Shown here: positions 53,307-63,354 of the stretch, piece by piece
How positions within the stretch are numbered: the stretch's first letter is position 1
Layout of the letters: every line of letters starts with the position of its first letter
Virus record (IMG/VR): IMGVR_UViG_3300029305_005136
Span: 3,500-67,499 of that record
Direction: 5' to 3' (one strand)
DNA from: a virus
Lineage: Duplodnaviria; Caudoviricetes
DNA: 64,000 nt
Translations under genes and position numbers: made by a program
Notes under the pieces: generated by a model
Told to the model about the DNA's origin: nothing
The model's database searches: none
The model's input: the letters and a program-made list of their open reading frames with translations, nothing else

Positions 53307-53930
53307 ATGTATTACAAATATCCCAGAACATATCATCTTCCTTGGAGTTTGGGAATTTCAAGTGATGATAAAATATTAAATAATATATCTTGTTTTCATA
53401 ATATGGATATAGTTGTTACGTTGAAGATGGATGGTGAAAATACGTCCATGTATAGGGATAAGATACATGCAAGAAGTATTGATTCAAAAGATCATGTTTC
53501 AAGACATTGGGTAAAAACCTTTTGGAATAATATAAGACATGATATCCCTGAAAATTATAGAATATGTGGTGAAAATTTATATGCTAAACATTCAATAAAA
53601 TATGAAAATCTTAAATCATATTTTTATGGATTTTCTATATGGAATGAAACTACATGTTTATCATGGGACGATACATTGGACTTTTTTAGTCTTCTTTCTG
53701 TTGAACCTGTAGAAGTAATATACGAAGGCATATTTAATAAAGATAAATTGATTGACATTGCTCATAATTTAGATGCTAACATACATGAAGGATATGTTAT
53801 AAGAAATAAAAAGTCATTTGATTATAATGACTTTTCTTCAAATGTTGCTAAGTTTGTACGAAAAAATCACGTTCAAAGTGATGTTCATTGGATGTACAAG
53901 AATATAGAGCAGAATCTTCTGGAGAAATAA
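53307..53930 (+). CDS. RNA ligase (ATP-dependent nucleotidyltransferase)
   Basis: KYPRT.HLPWS, KMDGEN, GENLYA.HSI, EGYVIR, KFVR. Confidence 0.88.
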   Translation: MYYKYPRTYHLPWSLGISSDDKILNNISCFHNMDIVVTLKMDGENTSMYRDKIHARSIDSKDHVSRHWVKTFWNNIRHDIPENYRICGENLYAKHSIKYENLKSYFYGFSIWNETTCLSWDDTLDFFSLLSVEPVEVIYEGIFNKDKLIDIAHNLDANIHEGYVIRNKKSFDYNDFSSNVAKFVRKNHVQSDVHWMYKNIEQNLLEK

Positions 53931-53931
53931 A

Positions 53932-55044
53932 ATGGGTAGATCAACTAAAAAGATCCAAGAAAAGCTTGAAATTGAAAAATCTAAATTTCAAATCAATAAA
54001 AAGCAAAATCATGTAAAAATTACCAGAAAAATGTCTTATCAGGATATTATGAATATTATTCCTGATAAGATATATAATATAATAAATGATTATTATGACA
54101 GGCGTATTAATAATATAGATGATTGGAGGCCTAAATATAAATCGATGGATCGTATTTCTATTGATTTAATTAACAAGATATTTGTTAAATACAAATATCC
54201 TCCGTTTTTCAACAAAATTTTTCTAAATACCAACAAATTTATTGAAAAGACTGATATGAGGATTTTCTTAACATTATGTCAGGGAGGTTCAATATATAAA
54301 GATTATTTTAAATATTATGGTATAAGTAAAAAAGAGACATTATATTTCATTGAATCTCCAGATTATATTAATTGTGTATCTGATGGTGTTTTGCTTGCCA
54401 TTATTAAATCTACTCGCTCTAATTCCGGAGATTGTAAAAAATATTTAGATATTTTCATAAAAAACAAGAATTATCCGAAGTATTTTTTTAGAAACAAATT
54501 TTATATTGAAGCATTCAAATTTTTTGCTAGACAGAATTATGATGAATTAAAATATTCATATCAAGAAATATCTGATTATTTATTTTTGAGTAATATTAAT
54601 AAGAATACGTTTTCGTTCAAAAATAGAACATTAAATTCATTAAGAAATTTAGCTAATGAATGGCATGTTCAATTAGCACTTCAAGAAGATGCAGGAAACC
54701 ATGAATGGCCTCTATTATTTCCTGATATGCCCAGAACATGGAAAAATGATAAAATACCATATTACGGATGGTTTTGTACTGAATTAAATTCATCTAATGA
54801 TTTGATAAAAGAAGGCAGAAGAATGCATCATTGTGTTGCTTCCTATGCTTATTTATGTTCACATGGAGCATCTCATATATTTACTATGTTTAATACAAAT
54901 GAAAATGAGCGATATACAATTGAAGTAAAAAATTATAAAATAGTTCAATGTAGGGGTATTTATAATAAAATGCCTAATAACACAGCTAAAATTGTAATCA
55001 ATAAATGGGCAAGAGATCACAATATAAAAGGGGCTTTAATTTAA
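53932..55044 (+). CDS. PcfJ-like protein
   Basis: EL....L..EG..MHHCVASY..C, TIEV, Q.RG..N. Confidence 0.8.
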   Translation: MGRSTKKIQEKLEIEKSKFQINKKQNHVKITRKMSYQDIMNIIPDKIYNIINDYYDRRINNIDDWRPKYKSMDRISIDLINKIFVKYKYPPFFNKIFLNTNKFIEKTDMRIFLTLCQGGSIYKDYFKYYGISKKETLYFIESPDYINCVSDGVLLAIIKSTRSNSGDCKKYLDIFIKNKNYPKYFFRNKFYIEAFKFFARQNYDELKYSYQEISDYLFLSNINKNTFSFKNRTLNSLRNLANEWHVQLALQEDAGNHEWPLLFPDMPRTWKNDKIPYYGWFCTELNSSNDLIKEGRRMHHCVASYAYLCSHGASHIFTMFNTNENERYTIEVKNYKIVQCRGIYNKMPNNTAKIVINKWARDHNIKGALI

Positions 55045-55382
55045 TGAGAATGTGGATGTTACCACCTGAAAAGATGTGTAGAAAACATCTTCTTGGAGAA
55101 CATGTTGAACTTCATATGATTGTGGGGTCAATAATTAAAGGAAGAAAATTAACAAAATTTTTATCATATGGTTTAATTGAACCTACAAGCATATATAAGA
55201 GACACGAAGAAATAAAAAATGAAATGATAAAAAGAGGATATAAGCATACATCTGAATTAAAGAAATATGATTTCTCTAAATATAATGAAAATGAAATCAA
55301 ACTTATATTTGAAACAAAAGTAGATATAAACAAATCTATATTAGATATAACTGAAAGATGTTCTGAATGTTCATTTAAGTAA
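55044..55382 (+). CDS. pyrimidine-dimer DNA glycosylase (DenV-like)
   Basis: MRMW..P...CRKHLLGEH.E.H, EM..RGY.H. Confidence 0.8.
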   Translation: MRMWMLPPEKMCRKHLLGEHVELHMIVGSIIKGRKLTKFLSYGLIEPTSIYKRHEEIKNEMIKRGYKHTSELKKYDFSKYNENEIKLIFETKVDINKSILDITERCSECSFK

Positions 55383-55396
55383 ACGGAGAATTAAAT

Positions 55397-55951
55397 ATGT
55401 TTTTTACTGCAGATACACATTTTTGACATAAAAATATTATTAAATATTGTGATAGACCGTTTGAATCATCAGAAGAAATGAATGAAAAGTTAATTGAAAA
55501 TTGGAATAATATTGTTTCAAAAAATGATATTATATATCATTTAGGTGATATAGCGTTTTGTGGTACGACAAAATTGGAAGAGTTACTTAAGCGATTGAAT
55601 GGTAATATTATTCTTATTCCGGGAAATCATGATAATTCTGGTGTGTTAAAAGTTTTCGGAAAATATCATTCAATAAGTAAAGCAGATAAAACAGTAATAA
55701 CATATGACAAATATAAAATATATCTAACACATGAAAATAATCTTGATATTCAGGATGATTCATTTATATTTCACGGTCATTATCATGGTAATGATTTAGT
55801 TGATATGTATAATATATCGATAAGTGAAGTCAAAGAAAGATTTAGAAACGAAAAGTCATTTGGTGTTAAAGGAAATTCTATAGAAGTGGGTGTTGATTTA
55901 TGGGGTTATACACCTGTTCATATAGACGACATAATGAAAAAACTTATATAG
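55397..55951 (+). CDS. calcineurin-like phosphoesterase (UGA=Trp)
   Basis: ADTHF(UGA)H.NI, HLGD, GNHD, HGHYH, VGVD. Confidence 0.88.
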
Positions 55952-55961
55952 GAGAATTAAT

Positions 55962-56375
55962 ATGAAAATTAGAAGTGGATTTGTAAGTAATAGTTCTAGT
56001 AGTTCATTTATATGTGATGTTTGTGGTGCGTCTGAAGGAGGATTTGATATTTCATTAAGTGATGTTAATATGTGTATGTGTGAAGAAGAACATGTATTTT
56101 GTACTAGACATGCAGTAAATACTGATTTAAAAGATTATGAAGAATATTTTGAAGAAGATAGAATACCTGTTGATTTCGATGATTATATAGATAAAGCATA
56201 TGGAGATGATATTCTTAAAATATATTGTCCTATATGTCAATTTAAAAGTTTATCTAAAGATGATTTATTCAAATATATGATGAAAGAATTAAATTTCAAA
56301 TCAATGGATGATGCATTTAATAAAATTAAAGAAAAATTTGAATCATATGATGACTTTAGGAGTTATATCAAATAA
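55962..56375 (+). CDS. hypothetical protein, MKIRxGFVSNSSSSSF family, with Cys clusters
   Basis: N-terminal motif. Confidence 0.72.
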   Translation: MKIRSGFVSNSSSSSFICDVCGASEGGFDISLSDVNMCMCEEEHVFCTRHAVNTDLKDYEEYFEEDRIPVDFDDYIDKAYGDDILKIYCPICQFKSLSKDDLFKYMMKELNFKSMDDAFNKIKEKFESYDDFRSYIK

Positions 56376-56416
56376 AAAATAAATAAACATATATACCTTT
56401 ATATTGGAGAGTTCGT

Positions 56417-56812
56417 ATGAATTTAACTGATAAGTTATCTATGTTTATTAATGAAAAAATAAAAGAAGAAAATCCAATCGTCGATAAGATTGTTAACAAT
56501 TTAGCTCGAAGATTTGTAATTAAATTAGAAAAAGAAAAATCCAAATATGCATACAATGAAAAAAATCTTGTAGATAGACGACATTCTATATATAAGAATG
56601 TAAGTACATATGATGTTGACTTTGATAAAGTTGTAAGTGAATTAAAAAAAGAAAAATATACACAGATATTGGATAAACCTCAATACAAATATATGACATT
56701 ACGAAAAAATGATAATGAATATATTGAACTCTATTATGATAAAAATATGAAAATAGATCATATATATTTCTATTATCAGAAGGGTGAAGATAACAAAAGA
56801 AAATTCTGATAA
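56417..56812 (+). CDS. hypothetical protein
   Basis: Ends TGA TAA, i.e. Trp then stop. Confidence 0.6.
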
Positions 56813-56822
56813 AGGATTATAA

Positions 56823-57536
56823 ATGAATCTTGAAAATGTTATATTATATGTAAAAGATGTTCATAAAAATCAAGTAGATAAATGTGGTTCTCCTTATTAT
56901 AAGCATCCTATATGGGTAATGGAAAATTTACCCATATGGACTTCAGATGATCTAAAAGCTGCCGCTTTATTACATGATGTGTTAGAAGATTGTAATAAGA
57001 AAATTTCAGATTTACATCATCTTAATTTATCTAAATATACGCTTAAATTCTTAAGACATATTACTCATTATAAGAATGAATCATATCAATATTATATAGA
57101 TAGAATTATTGATTCCGATGATATTGAGTTATTGATTCTTAAATATACAGATATGAAACATAATCTTTTACAATCAAGGTTGGATAAATTAGATGAAAAA
57201 ACAAGAAATAGATTGATTAAAAAATATTCATATAATTTTGAAAGAATAAAAGATAAAATAGAGATATTGTGTAGAGATATATCATCTAAGTTAGAGACAT
57301 TATATATTTTGAATAAAGATGATTGTAATTTAGATGAAAAGTTTGAAGATTATAGTTTTGTTGATAGAACAATGTTAAAATATCAATATATAGCAAGTGA
57401 ATTGAATAAAAAATATTCAATATGTTCATTTTGTTGTAATTATTATCCTGATGAAATTGATTCCGAAAGTAACATATGTTTTTATGAAGAAAAATGTACA
57501 ATTAATTGGTTGGATTTATGTGATATGCTGGAATAG
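56823..57536 (+). CDS. HD-domain hydrolase, SpoT/Mesh1-like
   Basis: H..Q..K.G.PY..HP..V, AALLHDVLED, K..D..HN. Confidence 0.85.
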   Translation: MNLENVILYVKDVHKNQVDKCGSPYYKHPIWVMENLPIWTSDDLKAAALLHDVLEDCNKKISDLHHLNLSKYTLKFLRHITHYKNESYQYYIDRIIDSDDIELLILKYTDMKHNLLQSRLDKLDEKTRNRLIKKYSYNFERIKDKIEILCRDISSKLETLYILNKDDCNLDEKFEDYSFVDRTMLKYQYIASELNKKYSICSFCCNYYPDEIDSESNICFYEEKCTINWLDLCDMLE

Positions 57537-58027
57537 GAAGTAGAAAAACACCGATTCATATTTTGGTTAAAATGACGAAAATAGGTGAAATTCTTGCTAA
57601 AAAGAATTGCATTCTTCGTTCTGGTGGAGCATCTGGAGCAGATTCTGCATTCGAAAAGGGTTGTGATATACAAAACGGTAAAAAAGAAATATATCTACCA
57701 TGAAAAAATTTTAATAACAATTCTTCTAAATTATATTATATATCAGATAAAGCTAAACAGATAGCTAAAGAATTTCATCCAACATGAAATAAATTAAATA
57801 ATAGTGCTAAATTACTACATTCAAGAAATGTATATCAGATATTGGGATTATCATTAAATGAGCCTGTTTCATTTGTAATTTGTTATAGTCCAGGGACAGG
57901 TGGAACTGAGCAAGCATTAAGAATAGCAAAATATTATCAGATACCGATATTTAACATGTTTAATAATTCTTGATATGATTCTTTTTATTCATATATATCT
58001 AATTATTTAGCACTAAGGAGATTATAA
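57518..58027 (+). CDS. DprA/SLOG-like protein (second codon UGA=Trp)
   Basis: M(UGA)YAGIGSRKTP, RSGGA.GAD.AFE, RN..QILG, GGT.QA. Confidence 0.85.
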
Positions 58028-58477
58028 ATGATTCAAGAAATAAAAGGTGATTTATTAAACATGTTTAATAAATTGGATATAATTGTTCATGGATGTAATT
58101 GTTTTCATAAAATGGGCGCAGGAATAGCAAGGGTGATATCTAGAAAATATCCCATAGTTTATGAGTATGATAAGCAAACGAAATATGGTGATATTAATAA
58201 ATTGGGTACAATTCAATCTGTTCCAATTAATGATAAAATAATTATAAATGCATATACTCAGTTTAGAATAGGAAAAATTGAATCTGAAATTCAGTTAAGA
58301 TATAAAGCAATTGAATCGTGTATGATGCTTATAAATGAGAAATATCCTACACAGTTGATAGGTTTTCCTAAAATAGGATGTGGATTAGCAGGTTTAGAAT
58401 GGGAAAAGGTTAAATCTATAATGAATGTTGTGTTTGAAGAAAGGAAACAAAACACAATTTTTGTTTATTATATATAA
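58028..58477 (+). CDS. macro domain (ADP-ribose) protein
   Basis: GDL, HGCNC..MGAGIA, INAYTQ, PKIGCGLAG. Confidence 0.9.
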   Translation: MIQEIKGDLLNMFNKLDIIVHGCNCFHKMGAGIARVISRKYPIVYEYDKQTKYGDINKLGTIQSVPINDKIIINAYTQFRIGKIESEIQLRYKAIESCMMLINEKYPTQLIGFPKIGCGLAGLEWEKVKSIMNVVFEERKQNTIFVYYI

Positions 58478-58499
58478 AAAACATCTCAAAAAGAATATC

Positions 58500-59564
58500 A
58501 TGTTAAGTAGATTTATAAAACCCGGTAAAGCAAATATAATAATAGATGGTCAATTTGGATCAACAGGAAAGGGACTTATTGCAGCAGCTATATCTGAATA
58601 TAATCATATAGATATTTCAATTGGAAGATTATCACCAAATGCCGGCCATACATTTTATTTTAATGATAAAAAATGTATTGTTAAAATGTTGCCTGTATCA
58701 TCGATTATACATAAAAGAAGTACAATTTATCTATCTGCTGGATCAATAATTGATTTAGAAATTCTTATAAAAGAAATAAATGAATTTAATATAGATACAA
58801 ATAGAATTGTTATTCATCCCAGAGCAGCAATCATATCTGATAATGATAAAAAAATAGAAGCAAATAAAAGTGGTGTTGCTTCTATAGCAAGTACGCAGTC
58901 TGGTTCTGGTTCGGCTAGAGCAAATAAAATAATGAGAAAAGCTAAACTAGCACAAGACTATATATCTAAGTTTGAAAAATTAGGTATAGAAGTTTATGAA
59001 ATCCCTATTCATTTTTATATGGATTCAGGTGTTAATATTTTAATAGAAACAGGACAAGGATTTGATTTAGGTCTCAATTTCGGTTATAATTATCCTCATT
59101 GTACATCAGTTGATGTTATTCCATCTGCTGTATTAGCAGATATAGGAATTCATCCGTGTTATTTGGGAAATGTTATGATGTCAATTAGAACATTTCCTAT
59201 TAGAGTTGGACATATTATAGAAAATAACAGAATTATAGGAAATAGTGGTCCTGTTTATCCTGATAGCAATGAGTTATCATGGAAAGAATTAAATAAACCA
59301 GCAGAATTAACAACCGTAACAAAAAGACAACGTCGAATATTTACATTTTCTATTCAACAATATCAACGTTCATTGGAATTTATTAGACCAGACTTTGTTT
59401 TTCTTAATTTTATAAATTATCTTCGCGAAGAAGATTTAATCATGTTTAAGAAAAATATACATTTAAGGAAACCTGATTTTGTTGGATATGGTCCATATAC
59501 ATATCAAGTATGTCCATATGATCAGTGTATTTTAGACAATATAATATATAAAACCAATTATTAG
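58500..59564 (+). CDS. purZ: PurZ-like adenylosuccinate synthetase homolog
   Basis: DGQFGSTGKGLI (Ser where PurA has the catalytic Asp), PNAGHT, ELTTVTK..RR, PD.VFLNF.NYL. Confidence 0.75.
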   Translation: MLSRFIKPGKANIIIDGQFGSTGKGLIAAAISEYNHIDISIGRLSPNAGHTFYFNDKKCIVKMLPVSSIIHKRSTIYLSAGSIIDLEILIKEINEFNIDTNRIVIHPRAAIISDNDKKIEANKSGVASIASTQSGSGSARANKIMRKAKLAQDYISKFEKLGIEVYEIPIHFYMDSGVNILIETGQGFDLGLNFGYNYPHCTSVDVIPSAVLADIGIHPCYLGNVMMSIRTFPIRVGHIIENNRIIGNSGPVYPDSNELSWKELNKPAELTTVTKRQRRIFTFSIQQYQRSLEFIRPDFVFLNFINYLREEDLIMFKKNIHLRKPDFVGYGPYTYQVCPYDQCILDNIIYKTNY

Positions 59565-59576
59565 AAGGAAATAAAA

Positions 59577-60182
59577 ATGATTGTTCGTAATTATTTTTAT
59601 TCATTCATGTCAGAAAATTTTCCTTTTTATCCTAATGTAGATACAAAATGGAATTATATCAAAAGTAGATATAATAGAATATATCATAATATGACGCATT
59701 TAACTAAAATGTTTACTGAATTTGAATCTTATATTAAAAACAATGATTTTGTAGATTATGAAGTTGAATATATTACAAAATGTATGACATTAGGAATCAT
59801 ATTTCATGATATTGATAGAAATGTTTATAACAGTGTTCAATATGTTAAACAATTCTATGATGAATTAAGTTCATATCCTGAATTCAGATATGAATCATTT
59901 ATGGATAATGTTATTCTGGAAATATTTTCGACAGATTATATAAATTCATCAATGAAAACATTATTATCAGATTTAGATTTATCTATATTAGGTTCTTCTA
60001 AAGATGAATATGATGATTATATATGTAAGATGAAAAAGGAAAATGTTGAATGGGATATTAATTTAAGAAAAGAAAAAATAAGAAATTTATTAGATGATGA
60101 AATATATTGTACGAACTATTTTAAGGATTTATATGAGAATAGAGCAAGAATTAATTTAGAAAATGAGTATAATTCATATTAG
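59577..60182 (+). CDS. HD-superfamily phosphohydrolase
   Basis: YHN..H, IFHDI, DLDLSILG. Confidence 0.75.
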   Translation: MIVRNYFYSFMSENFPFYPNVDTKWNYIKSRYNRIYHNMTHLTKMFTEFESYIKNNDFVDYEVEYITKCMTLGIIFHDIDRNVYNSVQYVKQFYDELSSYPEFRYESFMDNVILEIFSTDYINSSMKTLLSDLDLSILGSSKDEYDDYICKMKKENVEWDINLRKEKIRNLLDDEIYCTNYFKDLYENRARINLENEYNSY

Positions 60183-60246
60183 AGATTAGTTTACTTTTTT
60201 CCGGATTTGAATATGAATTTTTGAAAATTCAAGTGGAGAGTTTCAA

Positions 60247-60718
60247 ATGAAGATATTCAAATCCGGAGAAGTTATACGAGCTGTAGATATAAATGCTAAT
60301 TTTTCTAAAGCAATTAAAACCGATTTAAGCAATTGTCCACTCATTCCATGTAATAAAGGTGGAACCGGAAGAACTGATTGTACAATTGCATATGCTGATA
60401 AAGCTGGTATAGCAGAAATAGCCGAAGTAGCTAAGACAGCACAGGAATTGGTAGGTGGTCGGAGGAGTTCTAAATGTAAATTCAACAGCAAAATTAGTTT
60501 GAAGAACTGGATGATGATATACACCTAGCTATGGCAATAAATGATTTTGATTTTTTTGAACTAATGATAAGGAAATAACAGGAGATGATGATTATGGATA
60601 TTGATATACAGCAAATTTACGTATGGGAGTATCATCAGCAAATTCAAGATTGAATTTAAGAGAAAATAACTATAAACAGTATCGTGAATTAAATTCATTT
60701 TGTATAGAGATTAAGTAG
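60247..60718 (+). CDS. tail-fibre tip/adhesin cassette 1; CGGA(60460)=Gly, UGA=Trp
   Basis: After the shift it aligns with cassette 5 (GGVLN.NS..LV, TP.YGNKW.WF, FCIEI). Confidence 0.82.
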
Positions 60719-60789
60719 AAATTTTATTTTAGTTTACTTTTCTTCAGAAATTTGTATGAATTTTCAGAAATTCAAGTGGAGAGAAGTGA

Positions 60790-61275
60790 ATGATAATATT
60801 TAGATCTGGAGATATAATAAAAGCTTCTGATATAAATGCTAATTTTGCTGAATGTGATTTTCAGTCAGGAACTGTGATGCCATTTGCTCAGAAGTCAGCT
60901 CCTAATAATTGAGCTAAGCAAAATATAACAAATGATGCTGCCATAAGAATAATATCTGGAAATACAGGTGGAAGTATATATGGTTCAACATCATTTAGTA
61001 CAATGTTTTCAACGAGTTTTAAGTTGCCTATATCTGGTAATTTAGGTGAAACTACATTGACTGTAAATCAAATGCCTAGTCATAGTCATGGAACTAATGC
61101 AGGTAACTGAACTGGAGATAGACGACCATATGTTCAAGGAGCAGGTGCACATCAACATAGTATATCAACTAAAGCTGCTGGTGGATCTCAATCTCATAGT
61201 CATAGTGTTGGAGGTAATTTTACAGTAGATTTATCTATTAAGTATATAGACATGATTTTATGTAAGAAGAGTTAA
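60790..61275 (+). CDS. tail-fibre cassette 2 (UGA=Trp)
   Basis: F.SG..IKA.DINANF; GETTLT..QMP.H.H; VDLSIKYID.ILC. Confidence 0.82.
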
Positions 61276-61341
61276 AAGAATAGTTTACTTTTCCTTATTA
61301 TTTTGTATGAATTTTTGAAAATTCAAGTGAGGAAAAGTTAA

Positions 61342-61821
61342 ATGATTGTATTTAAGACTGGTGATGTAATAAAAGCAGCAGATATAAATGCTAATTTTGA
61401 TAAAAGTAATATTAAAGTTGGAACTGTTATGATATTTGTTCAAAGGGAAGCACCTACATATTGAGTTAAGCAGAATATAGTAAATGATGCAGCTATTAGA
61501 GTTATATCCGGTTCAACTGGAGGTGTACTAACAGGATCAACTAATTTTAGTACAATGTTTTCATCTAAATTTCCGTTACCTGTATCTGGTAATATGGGTG
61601 AAACAACATTGACTATAGATCAGATGCCTGTTCATAGTCATAGAATAAATGAGGCACATGATGGTTGGGGAAGTGCTGCTGGTGGTAGTACACATATCAT
61701 GCATCAGTTCAATTCTGGATCAAGTGGTGGTTCTATGTCACATAGTCATAGTGTTAGTGGTAATTTTACAGTAGATTTATCTATTAAATACATTGATGTT
61801 ATATTATGTAGAAAAAATTAA
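61342..61821 (+). CDS. tail-fibre cassette 3 (UGA=Trp)
   Basis: Paralog of cassette 2. Confidence 0.82.
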
Positions 61822-61903
61822 GTTGATTATTGAAAATATAAGAATTGTTTACTTTTTCACAAGAATTTGTATGAATTTTCAGAAATTCAAGTGAGGAAAA
61901 GCA

Positions 61904-62456
61904 ATGATTATATTTAAGGTGGGACAAGTAATAAAGGCATCTGAGATAAATGCTAATTTTGATAAAAGTAATATTAAGACTGGAACAATTATGTTATTTG
62001 TACAGAGGGAAGCACCTACATATTGAATTAAGCAAAGTATAACCAACAATGCTGCTATAAGAATAGTAACAGGTTCATCAGGTGGTGAAATTAATGGTAG
62101 TATAGATTTTACATCCGCATTTACATCTAAAAGTATATCTGTTTCAGTCTCGGGAAATACAGGTAATAAAGCAACCAGTGGAACAATTGGATCTACTACA
62201 TTAACTACAGGTCAAATGCCTAGACATAATCATACAATTAATGTAACTACAAGTGATGGAGGAGGAGATTATTTAGCAAAAAAGATACCATCACGGATCA
62301 TATGCTAGAGAAGATTCTACAATGGCTGGTTCCAGTTTATCACATACGCATTCTTTTTCTGGAACATCTCATAATCACTCTTTTTCTGGAAGTGGTTCTG
62401 CATCAGTAAATCTTAAAGTTAAGTATATTGATGCGATATTATGTAAAAAAAGTTAA
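61904..62456 (+). CDS. tail-fibre cassette 4; CGGA(62294)=Gly, UGA=Trp
   Basis: The shift restores the shared C-terminus KYID.ILCKKS. Confidence 0.82.
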
Positions 62457-62469
62457 TAGGAGAAATAAA

Positions 62470-62817
62470 ATGTCAGGTTGTCCATTTAGAAATTTTGAGG
62501 AATGTCCAGAGCATAATAAAAAAGGCGGATGTATTTTTTGATTAAATTATAGTACGAATTCTCAAGTAACAGAAGCAAGAATTGAAGGGTGTGCAATTAC
62601 ATTGACCCCTATATTATTAATGCAGCAAATTAATAATTTAGCTGTTGTTGCTGATGAGGTTAATAAAGTTGGTGCTGAGGTATCAGCAGGAAGATGTGAA
62701 AATATTAAAAGTTCCGAAGCTACAAGAAGACAATTAGTTTCATTAGCTAATGGTTATACAGATATAATAGAAGCAAATTATACATTAGAAATAGAAGGAG
62801 CAAAAAATGAAAAATAA
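62470..62817 (+). CDS. small Cys-containing tail-associated protein (UGA=Trp)
   Basis: AGGAG RBS; includes track ORF 62602. Confidence 0.65.
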
Positions 62818-63277
62818 TGTAACTGTAATAATTCCAGATAAATTAGTTGTAATAGATGGGATTGGATATATTGTTGAATATAATTGACCTAAAGATATAA
62901 GAGCAATTCAATGACATAATGGTTCAGGTCATATTGAATTAAATGATTATAGTAATAAACAAATTGAATCATATGAAAAAGAAGTTCTTCCATATGTTAA
63001 ATTATGACAAAAAATGAAAGATGAAGATGATAAAAAGCAAGAAGAATATCTAAAATATTATAATAGTACTGAAGGAAAATTTGAAAGATTAAGAGCTAAA
63101 AGAGATGAAAGAATAGCTGCTACTGATTTCTTATTATTAAATGATTATCCAATAACAGATGAAAAGAAAGAAGCTGTTATGAAATATAGACAAATCTTAA
63201 GGGATTTGACTGAACAACACGGCGCTCCTTGAGATGGTGGAGAAGATAAAACACCTTGACCTGATTATCCAATATAA
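62807..63277 (+). CDS. tail fibre assembly chaperone-like protein (UGA=Trp)
   Basis: LRAKRD..I..TD....DYP...YRQ.LRDL, (UGA)P.YP C-terminus. Confidence 0.8.
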
Positions 63278-63354
63278 GTTTTTATTACATAAATTAGTTT
63301 ACTTTTCTCCAAAAATTTGTATGAATTTTCAGAAATTCAAGTGGAGAAAAGTAA

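Larger units (their letters stand above)
60188..63354 (+). repeat. five copies of a ~60-bp promoter/RBS unit heading tail-fibre cassettes
   Basis: GTTTACTTTT..(G)TATGAATTTT..AAATTCAAGTG(G)AG at about 60188, 60728, 61281, 61846 and 63295. Confidence 0.85.

Noticed and set aside
60225-60265. Upstream frame entering cassette 1 through ATC CGGA
   Set aside because: CGG is out of frame relative to the RBS-supported ATG 60247 (TCC GGA), and paralogs have TCT GGA or ACT GGT there.
227-60718. UAG reassignment
   Set aside because: TAG ends genes at sensible positions (526, 9974, 23979, 31512, 60718) and no CUA-anticodon tRNA was seen.
60188-63354. CRISPR array or integron attC sites
   Set aside because: Repeats are ~500-1400 bp apart, degenerate, non-palindromic, and contain promoter/RBS elements. 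No CRISPR array was seen in the window.
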